The notes below the pieces were generated by a model. The model saw only the letters and a list, made by a program, of their open reading frames with translations, did no database searches and was not told where the DNA came from. This document shows, one piece after another, positions 8,977 through 22,800 of a DNA stretch of 64,000 nucleotides; within the stretch, counting starts at the first letter, position 1; each line of letters starts with the position of its first letter. The stretch spans positions 65,920-129,919 of the forward strand of contig JBAZMQ010000002.1 in the NCBI GenBank assembly GCA_041649675.1, in the 5' to 3' direction. The position numbers were made by a program, and so were the translations under genes. Source of the DNA: Patescibacteria group bacterium. GTDB lineage: Bacteria > Patescibacteriota > Patescibacteriia > Buchananbacterales > UBA6539.

Positions 8977-9960
8977 TTAAGGATTAACTTTAAAACTTTT
9001 AACCATGGCATTAAGGGTGGCCAAAAAATTCAATTCTGATAAATTACCGGCGTTATAAATTAAAACAAAGATTTTGCTGCCATCTGGCTTCATGAAATAA
9101 TAACTTTGATTATCAGCTGAACGCAAACCGGACAAGTTATTAATTTTTACCTCTGTTAATTGGCTTAAACTGTTTTTTGGAAATTCTCTTTGGTACCAGT
9201 CTCCCAGGGATAAGTTACTGCTATTATCAATAGTCAGCACTTCAATAAATTCGCCATCACTAGCGGTAAATAAGACTTCACTTTTTGCCTGATCTTGCTC
9301 TTTGACCGTCCAATTCTTTGGGTAAATAATTGAATAGATCGGCTGGTTGTAAGTCAAAAATAATCCGGAGCCAAGCAATGTTTGATTTTTCTGAGTCGGA
9401 TCATAACCACTAAGCAACTCAGCCCCGTCTTGATAGCCGTCACCGTCACTATCAGCATTATTTGAATCAGTGCCATATAAAGATTCCTCGGCAGCAGTTA
9501 AGCCATCATTATCAGAATCTAAAGCCGATGGCAGCGGAGCCTGGGTGGCAGTATTGGTGTTTGAATTAATATTAACATTGGTATTGATATTAGCATTAAC
9601 ATTTATATTGGCGTTGGCGTTGATATCAATATTGGTATTAGCATTAAAATTTATATTGGTATTAAGTGGCTGGTTAGTGTTCTCGTTGACTGCTTGATTT
9701 ATATTGGTATTAAGTGGCTGGTTAGTATTTACCGCAGCCTGATTTTTCTTTAAATTTTCATTTAGATAAAAGGCAACTCCAATTAAACCACCAATCAAAA
9801 GTACCCCGACTAAAATAATAATAATTAATCCGGTTTGTTTCTTTTTTGGTGCAACATAAAATCGTTGCGGCATAACATGAATTCGCCCGGATAAGTCAGA
9901 ATCAATCTGAGATATCGGGGTTGCACCTTTTTTTTGTTTTTGTTTTCTAAAACCAAACAT
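8977..9960 (-). CDS. membrane-anchored protein with Asn-rich low-complexity region and thrombospondin type-3-like (DxDGDG) Ca-binding repeats
   Basis: N-terminal TM helix (LIIIILVGVLLIGGLIGVAFYL), long N/T/I low-complexity tract, then DSDNDGLTAAEE...DSDGDGYQDGAEL TSP3-like repeats. Confidence 0.6.
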   Translation of the reverse strand: MFGFRKQKQKKGATPISQIDSDLSGRIHVMPQRFYVAPKKKQTGLIIIILVGVLLIGGLIGVAFYLNENLKKNQAAVNTNQPLNTNINQAVNENTNQPLNTNINFNANTNIDINANANINVNANINTNVNINSNTNTATQAPLPSALDSDNDGLTAAEESLYGTDSNNADSDGDGYQDGAELLSGYDPTQKNQTLLGSGLFLTYNQPIYSIIYPKNWTVKEQDQAKSEVLFTASDGEFIEVLTIDNSSNLSLGDWYQREFPKNSLSQLTEVKINNLSGLRSADNQSYYFMKPDGSKIFVLIYNAGNLSELNFLATLNAMVKSFKVNP

Positions 9961-10048
9961 AAATTAATAATAGCAAATCTAAAATCCAAAGGCTAAATCC
10001 AGTTTAAAAAAATTAAGCCATTTGGTCTTACTACCGATCACTAATTGA

Positions 10049-10789
10049 TTAAGGATTTTGTTCAATATTTAATAATTTACCTGCTCCTTTGGGATCATAC
10101 CCATTCTTTACCTCATCACCGTCTTTATAGCCATCCCCGTCAGTATCGGGGTTATTTGGATCGGTACGAAAAACTTTAACTTCATCACGGTCAGTTAGAC
10201 CATCGCCATCAGTATCGGGGTTATTTGGATCGGTGCCATACATTCTTTCTTCAGTATCAATTAAACCATCTTGGTCACTGTCTAAATTTTGGTTTGTTTC
10301 ACTATTAATATTACTATCAATATTAGTGTTAGAAATATTACCCTGATTAACTATGTCTGGTTCATTATTAATAGCGTTATTAATCGGCTGATTGCTATTC
10401 AAAGGGACAGTATTGGTATTTGCCAATGGCAACTCCGAATTTCGGTCACTGGTAAAAAGACTATAGGCATACCAACCCGAAGCGGCTAAAACTACTATTG
10501 CCACTAACAGAATAGCAATAATAACCAAAATCTTTTTATACTGTTTGGCCATTGGTTCCTTAGCGTCTGTTACAGCCGCTTTGGCATTGTCTACCATTTT
10601 GTTCCAATCAGGCACGATTTGCGCCGGGCCTTTAACTAAGGACTGCCCCTGATCAACTTCAGCCAAAATGTCTTCTGGCTCATTGCTGGAAACGGGGCTA
10701 GGCCCAACCGAAGTTGGCGCTGGTGTTGGACTGCCAGTTGGTAAATTTTGCGGAATTTGATTGTTGCTATTTGGGTTTTGATCAAACAT
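10049..10789 (-). CDS. membrane-anchored TSP3-repeat protein (paralog of 8977-9960)
   Basis: Pro-rich N-terminus, TM helix, Asn-rich tract, then DSDQDGLIDTEE / NPDTDGDGLTDRDE / NPDTDGDGYKDGDE repeats. Confidence 0.6.
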   Translation of the reverse strand: MFDQNPNSNNQIPQNLPTGSPTPAPTSVGPSPVSSNEPEDILAEVDQGQSLVKGPAQIVPDWNKMVDNAKAAVTDAKEPMAKQYKKILVIIAILLVAIVVLAASGWYAYSLFTSDRNSELPLANTNTVPLNSNQPINNAINNEPDIVNQGNISNTNIDSNINSETNQNLDSDQDGLIDTEERMYGTDPNNPDTDGDGLTDRDEVKVFRTDPNNPDTDGDGYKDGDEVKNGYDPKGAGKLLNIEQNP

Positions 10790-10813
10790 ACTTAAAAATA
10801 TTAGAAAATTATT

Positions 10814-13800
10814 TTATGGCCAAGTAAATAGTTTTTTACAATAAGTATGGCTAGATGAGGTGTAATTACTGCCGCCATTGACTTTAGGATCACCCCAAAC
10901 TGGCCAAGGATGTTGGCTGGCAAAAGCACTATATAAACTACTAACCGCTGAACCGGTATTAGCATTGCCATCTTTGCTATTTTGCCAAGACGCACCAGGG
11001 ACAAAGCTGACTAATTTCCAGTCAGTAGCCGGTAAAGCTAAATCACCATCATTGATAGTATAGCATTGACTGGGCAAGCTGCTAACCGCGCCAACATGTG
11101 AATAAGACTCAGACCATTTCGGCACGGTTCCAAAGACACTGCAAACATCAGTACCGGCGTAATTGGCAAAAATCCCTCTAATCTGGCGATTAACCGCTGT
11201 GGTATAAGCCTCAAAGGCTAAAACATTAGCATTGGTTCCAGTATTTAAGCTAAAGCCACTGGGTTTAAAATAAATCTTGGTCCCCTTGCCACTTGAGTAA
11301 GGAAAAGTATAAGCCGAATCACTCCCCTGGCCGCTACTGCCAATAATCTCACCTTTCTGTTTATAGCCATTTGGTAAAAACAAATTACCGGTCAACAGAT
11401 TACCGTTAAGATAAATATTCAAATAATCATCAGCGCCAAAAAGTAATAAACAACTATTACTGCTGTCACAGCTGCCTTCAGCACCACCTAAGCAAGTATC
11501 ATAGACAACATCGCTGGTCAAACCGCCAACGCAGATATAGCCATTGCTGTAACAACTGGTTTTACCTTTAGCCGTATCAATAGTACAGGTTGAACCAACA
11601 TTACTGATATGGCTGCAGCCAAGCGCACAAATGCCATCATTATCTAAATCATTGCTTGAGTCATAAGGACAAGGATCAGTTATATCAACTAAGCCGTCAC
11701 CGTCAGTGTCGCTACCACTAATACATTGATTAATATCTTGGCAAATACAACTACCGCCGGTACAACCGGTTGTACCATAACATTGATTTGAACCATTTTT
11801 GTCTTCTTTGTAGCCATTAATTGCCACGCAAGTCCCACTGGTCCCAGCTAAACTACATTCCGAGCAAACAACACTGCAATAGTTGTTGTTTGCTTGGCAG
11901 CTAAAACTGGTACCAGCACCTTGGCAAGTACCACAACCACTGCAGCTTAAAGCACTAGCCTCACAATTTAGAGTTGTAGCGTTACATTGGCTGCAATTAC
12001 CCAAGCAAGCCACGGCTGATGCCGAATAATTACAAATATTACTGCTGCAAGAAGCAATAGCACAGTTGCCCGGAATGCCAGCCAAACAATCATTAGCTGT
12101 TTGACAACATAGGGCGCTACCCGACTGTTTGCCAACACAGCTTGAGTCAGCACAATCAGCTTTACCGTCACAATTATTATCTAAACTGTCTGAACAATAT
12201 CCGGTTTCAGAAATATGATAAGTTGGAATTGTTGTATAATCGCAGCCTGGCCACTGACCAGCGGTATTGCAGGTTTCCTGAGACCCAGCACATACTCCCT
12301 GTTGGTTGGCACAGTTCCGTTTTGTCCCCGGATTACAAGCCCAGCAATCAGCATCAGCGCCGTCAACTTTACCGTTACAATTGTTATCTAAACTGTCTGA
12401 ACAATATCCGGTTTCAGAAATATGATAAGTTGGAATTGTTGTATAATCACAGCCCAGCCACTGACCAGCGGTATTGCAGGTTTCCTGAGACCCAGCACAT
12501 ACTCCCTGTTGGTTGGCACAATTTTGTTTCTGCCCGGACGTACAAGTCGCGGTCGTATTACAAATACCGCCATTACAGAAAGCTGGCGTTGGCCCGCACA
12601 AAGCCGGGCTAACTGTATCTAAGCTTCCATTATGAGCAGCAATGCATGATCCCCCTGCACCATCAGCACAGGCTTGGCAGGGTTGGCTACATTCATCTTC
12701 TAAGCCAATAGCGGCAGTTCGGTTAACACAGCTACCAGCCGAGCAAAGCGTACATTGGCCAGCACATTTGTTACCGTCCGGAGCGTTAGGCTGAACTTCG
12801 CAATAGTGAATATTGGCTCCTGACAAACCACAGCGATAACAAGCCGAACAGTAATTGTCATTTTTCTGGCCCGAGCCTGAAGCACTTTCCCAACAACAAA
12901 TCGCACCGCCAACCGTCGGCTTACCAGCACAGACAAAGTCATCGCAATCGGCATAGCCATTGCAGTCATTATCTTTACCATCATTACAAACTTCTAAAAC
13001 CGTCGGATGAATACCAACATCATTGTCATCACAATCATTGCCCGCCCGGTCACTATACTTAGTCCCCCGACAATCAGGTTGACCAGCTACCTGGCTGCAA
13101 GTACTAGCCTGAGTACTGTAATAGTTATCATTGTCAGTATCAGTATAATAAGTAACTGTTTGAGTTGATTGATCAATACACCTGTTATTAATACAGTCTT
13201 TGCCAGCCAAACAGCCACAATCCTTGCAACAATTACTGGCACTCTCATTATATTCACATTTATTATTACCACAAATAATTGTCAAACCCTTATTGACGCT
13301 ACCTGCCGGGCAAGTGCCGTCCGGACCAGTAATCACAAACTGACCCCAGCCACCAGCCGGCCCATCCGAATCCACTCTCACCACATTACTGTCTTCTTGC
13401 CAGGAACAAATATTATACCAAGCAGGATCTCCAAGAGCCATATAGGCATATTTGCCGGTACTGGTAAGCTTAAAGGTTACTATGTCACCACACTTAAAAG
13501 TTATTCCGCTGTTTACACCGTTGCTGTCCAATAATTCCCATTTTTCCCAACTATTGTCAGTTACATCACAATTATTTTCGCGAACATGCATATATGGTGT
13601 ACCTTCAGTTTCGGCAGAAAGGCCACAGAGTAAATCGTCTTTGCCTCTAATGTAGATTGTATCATAGCCATATTGAGTGCCAGCCGTTCTCATACAAGCA
13701 TGATTTCCGGCTGTAACTTCGCCGTGAACAAGGTCAATACCGACAAATTGAAATACTTCACGCTGATCGCTGCTACCATGCAAAAACAAAGGTACCGTAC

Positions 13801-16800
13801 CAATCCAACAATCAAGCATAGTACTCATACAATTAACTTCAATATCGTCAGCTTTTAACCAATTATTAACACTATTATCAAGAACTTTTAAAGCAAAAGT
13901 GTCTTCATATTTCAAATTACATTTTATTTCATTGGAAAAATTTTCACCAACCGAACAGCAGCCATCACCGTGCGTGCCAATGCAAGGCTTTGGCTTCTGG
14001 CAGGCTTCACCGGTGTTGGAATTAATACAAACCACATTAACTTCGCCACAATTACCCGGACTACAAGCCCCGGGCAGGGCACAAGCCCAACCGCCACCGG
14101 CTTCTTGGCCATGGCAGACCGGCGCCGCGACCGCCGAAAACGGACAATAAGACAAACTTAAATCTTTAATTGTTACCGTAGTGCCAGCATTCTGTTTTAT
14201 ACCCTCAACTGAAACATCAATATTTTGTGAATTGGCAGTACAAACAAAAGATGGTACCGCCAAATTTACTGTACTGCTATAAGCGCCAGTGCTGTATTGA
14301 TACTCCCCTAAAGTATTTAAACCTGATTTAAATTTAACCCGGATTGGATTAGTCAAATTGTCAATAATTTTAGTAGTGATTCTATTATAAAAATCAAGTG
14401 CATTGTCTGAATACAAACAGTAACCGCTACCATCACAAGGACCGCCACAATCACTGCCAGTCTTGCAATTAGAAGACAATCCGTCCAATAAGTTATAATC
14501 AACTCCATTACCAAGACCTAAAGTATAAATTTCAACTCCTTGGTTTTTGGCCGCTGTCGCTGCCGCTTTGGCCGCTGTCGCTGCCGCATTACTCGGGTCG
14601 CCGGCCATCACTAAAATCATGACTTTCGTGGCTGTGTTTGGATTAGGCATGCCATTTAATATATTGGTACCGGTGATAATTCCTAAATTTATCGGCGGGG
14701 GGCCGGCATTTAGATAGTTATAGGTGCCAATAGCTGTCTCAATAACTCCGCTTGGTGTAATTCCGGCCGTTGACGGATCACCGGGATTATTTCGACATTC
14801 ATTAGTTGTAACGCTTTCACCATTGGTATCTTTGCCGACCCAACGGTTGGTATTATTTTCATTACAATCATGATTGGAACAAATTCTTTCACTTTGGCAA
14901 AGCCACCTTAAACTATCATCACCGATATCACCATTCATGTCTGCTCGATAATGAGCCAGACCAATTCTCAAATATTGGTTAATTTTTGGTTCGGCCAAAA
15001 ATTGGTTGGCAGAAAATTGCAAAGCCACTTTAAAAACTGGAAAATTGATACCCATAATGGCGGATAGGTCAGTGACATAAACAATAGAGATATCATCGGT
15101 AGTTGAATGACCGGAGATGGCAACGTTAAAATCAATCTTATCACCAACCTGACAAGCCGGAATAGCAAAAGTACCAGATGACGAACCATAGTTAAAAGTC
15201 AGAATATCTGGATTAGTAGCTTCCACGGTATAAAAAGGCGGACAATACCTAATCTTTTTACAATTCAAATCACAAGTTAAGGCGTTAGGCGGATCGCACT
15301 CTTCAAGTTGGTTAGTACATTTACTAGGATTACTGTTACAAGCCTCCGCTTTATTAGGATCACAGGCCGTGACTTTATCATCACAGCGATAATCAGTTTG
15401 AAGGATGCCATCGCCGCAACCGCCGCCAACGGGCCAATCCTCCATCACGCGGCAATTATCGCACCATCGGTGCATATTGGTTCCGGAGTAACTATCAGTT
15501 GGCTGAACGCCATTAATAGTTTCACAGGGTAATTTACATTTTGTTGGATCACCACTACAGCTATTAATGTCTGATGGATCGCAAGCTTCTTGGGTTCTTT
15601 CGCATTTATAACCTTGCTGACTATTGGCTAAGCTCATATTAGCTGCACTGTCACCGCAATCACAGGCTTCGTTGGCCGCTTCAATTATACCGTTACCACA
15701 ATATTCTGGAGCATGAACGACTTTAGTTTCCGAACAATTATTACACCAGCTACATTCGGCGCCATAACTAGTACCAACCGTGCAAGCAGCGTTATTAGCC
15801 GTGCTGCAAGCAAAAGGATTGACTGGCGGCGCGCCATAAGGCTGAGTAACACCACAATCACAAACTTCGCCACTATCAATCTTTTTATTACCACATAAAT
15901 CACAAATATTGCCCTGCCAATTACCATTAGAATCGGTTTGGTCAGGATTATAACAAGAAATTTCAATACCAAACTTATCCAGGCAAGTCGCGCCACCCAC
16001 GCCGCCAGGACAATTGTCTAAATCACCCTCGCTAAAACTATTTTTTGAAACCTGGCAACCGGCAAAATGTTCCTTTTGATCAGAATTTAAATTGGCCGCT
16101 GGATTAGAAACGGTCGCTTTAGTATAAAAAGTGTAATCACCAAAACTATCTCGATCAAAATCAATACAGTCATTACAGATATAACCAACTTGACTGCCAT
16201 CATAGTCTTCTTGAAATGGATTATAATATTTATAAGTATTATCAGTAAATTGTTTACAAGTTGGCTTGTTTGACGGACAACAAGTTTGTCCGGACGGACA
16301 AGTAGCTTGGTAATTGCTGGTACAAGCAATCGCTACTGGATAATTACCATTAAAAGTACAATAACCTCGGCGATCATTAGAAACACCATTTCCGTTAAAT
16401 GGCACGGTACAATTGGAATAAGTTGAATCGCAATCGTTATTTTGATGACAACGTTGACCGTTTCGCTGGCCAGAAGCATTTTGGCACCAACCGTTTAAAT
16501 AAGGTGAACAGTTGTCTTTGGGACAAATAGTCGGATCATTAACGCCAGTATTAACATCCCAGTACCTGTCTCCGTCAATATCCGTACAAGGATCACAAGC
16601 ATTACCATAGCCGTCGCCATCACTGTCGCGTTGGTCAGGATTATAAACTGTTGGGCAATTATCAGCATTGTCACCATTATCACAAGCTCCATCATTGTCA
16701 GCATCACCCGAACAAGTTAAATCGCAAATATCGCCCAAGCTGTCGCCATTGCTATTCTTCTGATCAGGATTATAACAATCAACTGGTTTTATCGGACAAG

Positions 16801-19800
16801 CAGTTGCCGGATTACAATTATCAAAAGAAGTGGTTGAATTCAAATAATCACAACTACCATCATTGTCCGCATCACCCGAGCAAAAAGTACCAGGTCCGTG
16901 ATCCGGACAGGCCAGAATATCACCATCGGTGCAATCATCAAAAGCCGGATCATTTGTGCCACCATAACAACGTTTAACACCATTACAATCCGGCGTACTT
17001 ACTCCCCCGCCGATGGTTGCTTGATGAATTTCAAAATTTAATCTGTTGCAAGCAACTGGTAACTCATAAAAATTAGGTAAAACCGAAGCACAAGTTTGAC
17101 CAGTTGCACAATCTGCTTGAGATTGGCAGACTTTACCAGTATCAGTCGTACCTATCAGACAATGACTGATTGGCAACGACCGCCAAGTGCCTTGGCCGGT
17201 ATATTCAAAATTGGTATAAAGACCATAAAGCGCTCCTTCGCTAGCTGATTTGTAAGCATAAACTGACATTTCAGCCGGACAGCTGTATTGTTTAGCAACG
17301 TTATCCCAGCAAGTCAGCTGTTTATCTGCATCTTTAGGCAAACAAATACCGGGATTATTGCCACAATTAGAAACAACACCAGGCCGACATTCGCCTGACG
17401 AACCAAAGAGATACTCCTTACCGGTGTCATCATTAAATTTATAATTATAGAACCCAATGGTAGGGATAAATTCTTTTGGATAACCTAAAGTACCAGCCTC
17501 ATGGTAACCCCAAACCAACTGGCCATTACTATTCTCCGGATAAATATACATGTTGCCATCTTTATCACCAATTACATTTCTGCCTTCAGTATCAGCTCCA
17601 GTCACTATACCGCCAAGCGGATGGTAAAAACCCATAGTCGGTTTAAAGGCCGCTGGCAAAGTTTCACCCGGACCAAAACATTTGAAAATCAACTTTGTGC
17701 CTTCGGCTGAAGCTAAAGTCGGATAAATACAAAGTTTTCCGTCTTTATCCCAAAGATGAATTTGACCTATAACATGAGCCCCAACAATCATGGCACCAAA
17801 CTGAGTATAATAACCAACTACTGGTTTAAAATCTACTGGTAAACCTAAACTTTGGTCAGCATTAGTCCGATCAACATGTTGCCAACTGGTATGATCGGTT
17901 GGATTATTAACATTAGGATAAATATATTCTTCACCGTTTTCATCAAATAGAACAATTCGGCCGGGCGTAGTTTGGCCAGAACCAGAAACTGTTTGGTCAA
18001 AAGCATGATAAAATCCAACTACGGGTTTAAATGCAGGATCAGGGAAATAATCAGTTAACAGCGCACCGCTTGCCCAAGAATCACCGGTAAAAGCATAAAC
18101 TTTTGAACCGTACCAAAGAATGGTTTTGTTGTCATGCAAAGGATCAAAATAACCTACTTGCGGCCGGCCAGCGGTGGCCATGAAGCCAGCGTCAGAACCA
18201 ACGGAAATATTTTTCCATGACAAATTTTTATCATAAGTATATATTTGACCAAAGGTTTCGCTATTATCAATAGTACCGTTACCGTTAAAATCACAATAGA
18301 AATCACCACAGCTGCCAAAATAATTAAGCGGATCGGTAAATAAATTACCGCCAAGCTCCTTGGCAAATGTCTGATTCCAAGACGGCCAAACCGAAAAGGT
18401 CGTGCTGGCAATATAAGTTCCCCCAGAAAGCAGCGGATAAATTCCTTTGGTTTTTAGGTAAGTCCCTAAACTTAATTGAATATCCCGCAAATCGCCATAA
18501 CGTTGGGCATCCCTAACGACTTTTTCTTTGTTAGCCAAACAATTGAGGTTAGGACAATCAAAATTATTATTACAATAAATCGGACTGCAGACTTTAGCCA
18601 AACAAGCATTAATTTCGTTTGACCAATAGCAGCCGTGCTTAATGCCATCGTTAGACTGGCAAGTTACTGGCGCCACTAAAGTATTACAATAATCAAACTG
18701 TGAATTCCCAAGCGCCGTATATGGTAAAACATCTTGGGAACCACATAAAATATTAGTGCCATCATAATAACCAATATCACTGCACATTCGATAATTATTA
18801 AAATTGGCATTAAATGACAACGCACCAGACTGGCCGGTTGAATCTAAAATCCGGTTAAAAATTTCCTTAATTGGGCCAGTTGCATTCTGACTATGAGAAA
18901 TCAAATAGATGTTTGAATATAGAAAATCATTGCCCGCCGAATCAATGGTCAAATTAGGTGCACCAATATAAGCCGTTCGGCCGTCCAAAACCGCTTGATA
19001 ACCATCAATGGTAAACGCTTTTGGCGCACCCTTGGTTGGTAAATTCATCTGGCAGGTGCTAGTTAAACTCAAATCATCAATATCAACTACTGATCCGGTT
19101 TCATTTTTACCAATAACGGCAAACGAAACATTAGTTGTCTCCTTCAAACTGAAATTGCAAGTTACTTTTTCCCATTTATCCGCCTTGAGCAAAGTGCTGC
19201 AAACTCCGCCGCCTCGACTACCAAACGAGCAATTGGCATTACTACAAATCATTGGATAGGTAGCTCCACTGGTAACCACCGCCGTTAAAATTACTTGCTG
19301 GGCTGAGCGGACATAGGCTGAAACAGCATAGTTGCCGGGTGCTAAATTTCTAACTTCACCCGGGCTGCCGATCAACTCAGCTCCCCAGCCTTTTTTCGGA
19401 GTTGATTGATTAATAATTGTTAGTCTCGTACCGAGGTTACCGCTTCTGGCGGCCTCTGTCTTATATTCCAGCTTAGCATTCAAATCCCTGTCCTCTGGGT
19501 AACTGCTACCAACACTACAATGAATCAACCAGTCATGGACATTGGAATTATTAATAGTTTTCACACCATTAATACAATGACCAATTTCGGCCCCAGCCGT
19601 GCCGTCTTCAAAATCACCGTTATTGAACAAATTGGTTTGACTGCAATCAGCATCATTGAAACATAAATTATTAATATTGGCGTTACCGCCACATAAACCA
19701 GACTTGTACCAAGTCATTGGCGATAAATGAAGCGGATTAGGCAAAACTTTAATTCCCAAAGCATCGCTGCTGGAATTAATATCGCCTTCTAATTTAATTA

Positions 19801-22800
19801 AATTCACCCGACTAATTAAAGTATTGGAATCAAGTGGATCATTATTACCGTCACCGTCTTTATGGTTCCAGTCACCCCAATCATTTACCCAACGAATTCT
19901 AATTTCATGGTTGCCAGAAGCTAGGTGACCCAAAGCTAATTCACCGCTGGTATTATTTTCAGTTGCCAAATTAGAAATCTTCCCGGCCAAAACACCATCA
20001 ATATAAATTTGGAAAACATGGGTTACGCCGTGAAGGCAAGAAACGCCGGTCGGACAAGTTCCCGGATCACAAGCTGTATTTTCGCCAACACTAAGCATAC
20101 CGTCGTTATTAGCATCACAATAACTATAAATACTAAAATCCCGATTATTATGAGATGTAACATTTAATCTATAATTACCATCAGCGACAGAATCAAATTT
20201 ATAAACCCAAGCCGCCGTACCTTTGTTTTGCTCCCATAAGCTAGCAAACCGAGAGCCAGCCGCTGAGCATTGATAAGTATCGGCTATCCCCTCATACCAA
20301 CCGCAACATAAAGAATCAGTCGTGCCGATATTAATCGGTAAATTGCTGGTACAAGCGCTAGTACTACCATTAATATTATTGCAGAAACAGGCTGTCTTGA
20401 CTGGATCATATTCTTGGCCATTTTTAGAAGCAACCACTACTTTAGTTGAATTGATATCTTGGTCACCAATTGGAAAGATAAACTCTTTCAATGATTTAAT
20501 TGGATCATTTTTTCCTAAAATGATAGGCGACAATGATAATGGCGGTAAATCATCGCTAAACCCAGATTCACCAAAATCACGGCAATAGTACATCTTAAAA
20601 TTCGTGTTTGGCATTCTAAAATTACTGGCATTGTCCTGATAAGGAAAATTGGCAATATCTGGCCAAGGATTATCACAGATAAAATTAGTAACATTAACAA
20701 TTTGTGAATTAGCAACTTTGGCCCGACATTCTATGCCTGGCTGACAATTGTGACTTTCAGCGCAAAATAGACTGGTATTGCCACAAGTTCGTTCCAAGGC
20801 TAAAACATTAACTGCCGAATCGCCGTTTTTACCTTTCGGGGTGCCTGGGTCTTGGCCCGGAGTAACATAATAAATATCATTTGAAGTGTTGGGTAAACAG
20901 GTTCCTTTTCCGGCTGAGATACATTCTGAATCACTTAAACAAGCAAAAGAATCATCTAGGGAACAAAGTCCCGGAAATGGGTTGGTTAAATAAATTAAAT
21001 TACTTGGATCAATACCAAGCCAAGAAAAGCTGGTACCAAAAGAACTTAAAGGAATTCTAATACCACTTGGATTATTGATGTCATAACAAATTGCCTGGTA
21101 GGCATGTTGATTGCCAGCAGTCGGCTGATAATAATCACTACTATTAGCAACACAAGCGTCAAAAGTAGTAGCCGCTTCGGTGTTGGGACAATCTTTACTG
21201 GCAGTTTCTAATTTGCTGCAAACCAAACCAGCTCGGATACCAGCAGCACAAATATAATCCGGTGCCACATCGTCATCAAGTTTAGTAATGGTATTGGCCC
21301 CACAATCGTTACCGGCACAAGTGAAATAATCATTAGTGGTTTCTGTACCGCCGCTGCTGGAATCAATTGTCACACCGATATAATCACAATGGCAAAAATC
21401 ACCATAAGTAGCAAAATTCCAGGTTGTACAATACAAATCAGACTCCGCTTGACAAACCTTTTTAGTCAGTGAATCACCGGTACGACTTAATACTCCTCCC
21501 TCATCAGCTTTAACAAACAATTGATAAGATGAATTGGCATCTAAAACATTACTAACTAATCCATTAACCAAAATTTCACTACCCATGCAGCTAGTATCAT
21601 ATTTACATTCGCTATTGGCGGCTGTATAAGTTCGGCCAGCGACTTTAAATTCACACTGGCTGTTAGCATTACAGTTACCGCTTAATTTTTTATAGCTTAA
21701 GCTGCTAATCTGGTTTTCAGAAACTGCCGGATCATTTTGGCAGTTGCCGTAGCTTCTGCCCAAACCACATTTTTTCAAAATTAAATTATCAAATTTACAA
21801 ACATCATTTTTTTCAAAGCAGCCCGCTGCCTGCCAACAAGACTGGCTAGAACAATCAGACTTAGAACACTTGGTATTATCCGGTACTGAATTGCCACTGG
21901 CATCATGGCCAGTACAATTTACCGCCGGACTACTGGCACAGGCATAACTTTTTTGGCAGCTGCCTTTAATTGTATCTAAATTTAATTCATGGGTAAAAAC
22001 AGTATAAATAACCGCATTGCGACATTGCAATGAATTGAAGTTGGGATCATGCGGCGGTTGCTGACCAACGATTTCAAACGGGACCGAAGCCTGACCAATA
22101 ACGGTTAACTCGCCGACGCCAACGATATCTTTTTGTAATTTATGCCAAGCCCTGATTTCTTCTTTCACTTCCTGAGAAACCGAAAAGAAATTTAAAGTCT
22201 GAACTAATTGGTGCGGACCAACTCGGTTACCATTCTGGACTGAGCCGGAATGTAAACACATATTGCTGCAACCATCTAAAACACAATCACCCAAACTGCC
22301 GGTTATACAGTCCAAATTAGAATCACAAGGTATAGCTCCTAATTCCGGGTCAGTTTTGGCACAATAACCATTGTAAGGGGTGCAATCGCTGCCTGATTTG
22401 CAAGCGGAAGTATCTTTTGCGGTACAATTTGTCCACTGGTTATTGATATCCTGGCACCAACCACCATCATCACATTCCTCGCCTTTTTCAGTGCTGCCAT
22501 TGCCACAGACTGACTGACCAGAATTGCCACTGCCGTTAGCTCGGCCGGTTTCTAACAAGCACGGCCGTACCCGACAATTTGAGCCTGTCCAATAACACCA
22601 CATTAACTGATTATTGCTTGGGTTACTTAAATCAATTTTTTCACAATCTTCTTTAGTATTAAAAGTACTGCAAGGATGATTAACTAAATCATTGGTAAGA
22701 TCCGGACCTTGATAAACACCGGTGCAATTACCAACATCACCGGTCATCGGTATTTTTCCTTGAGATTTTTCACCAGTATCACAAGCCTCGCCTTTAGTAA

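Noticed and set aside
12173-12590. Possibility that the near-identical 207-bp repeats are a DGR variable/template repeat pair
   Set aside because: Both copies are in-frame coding modules of the same gene, their differences are not adenine-specific, and no reverse transcriptase gene is present in the window.
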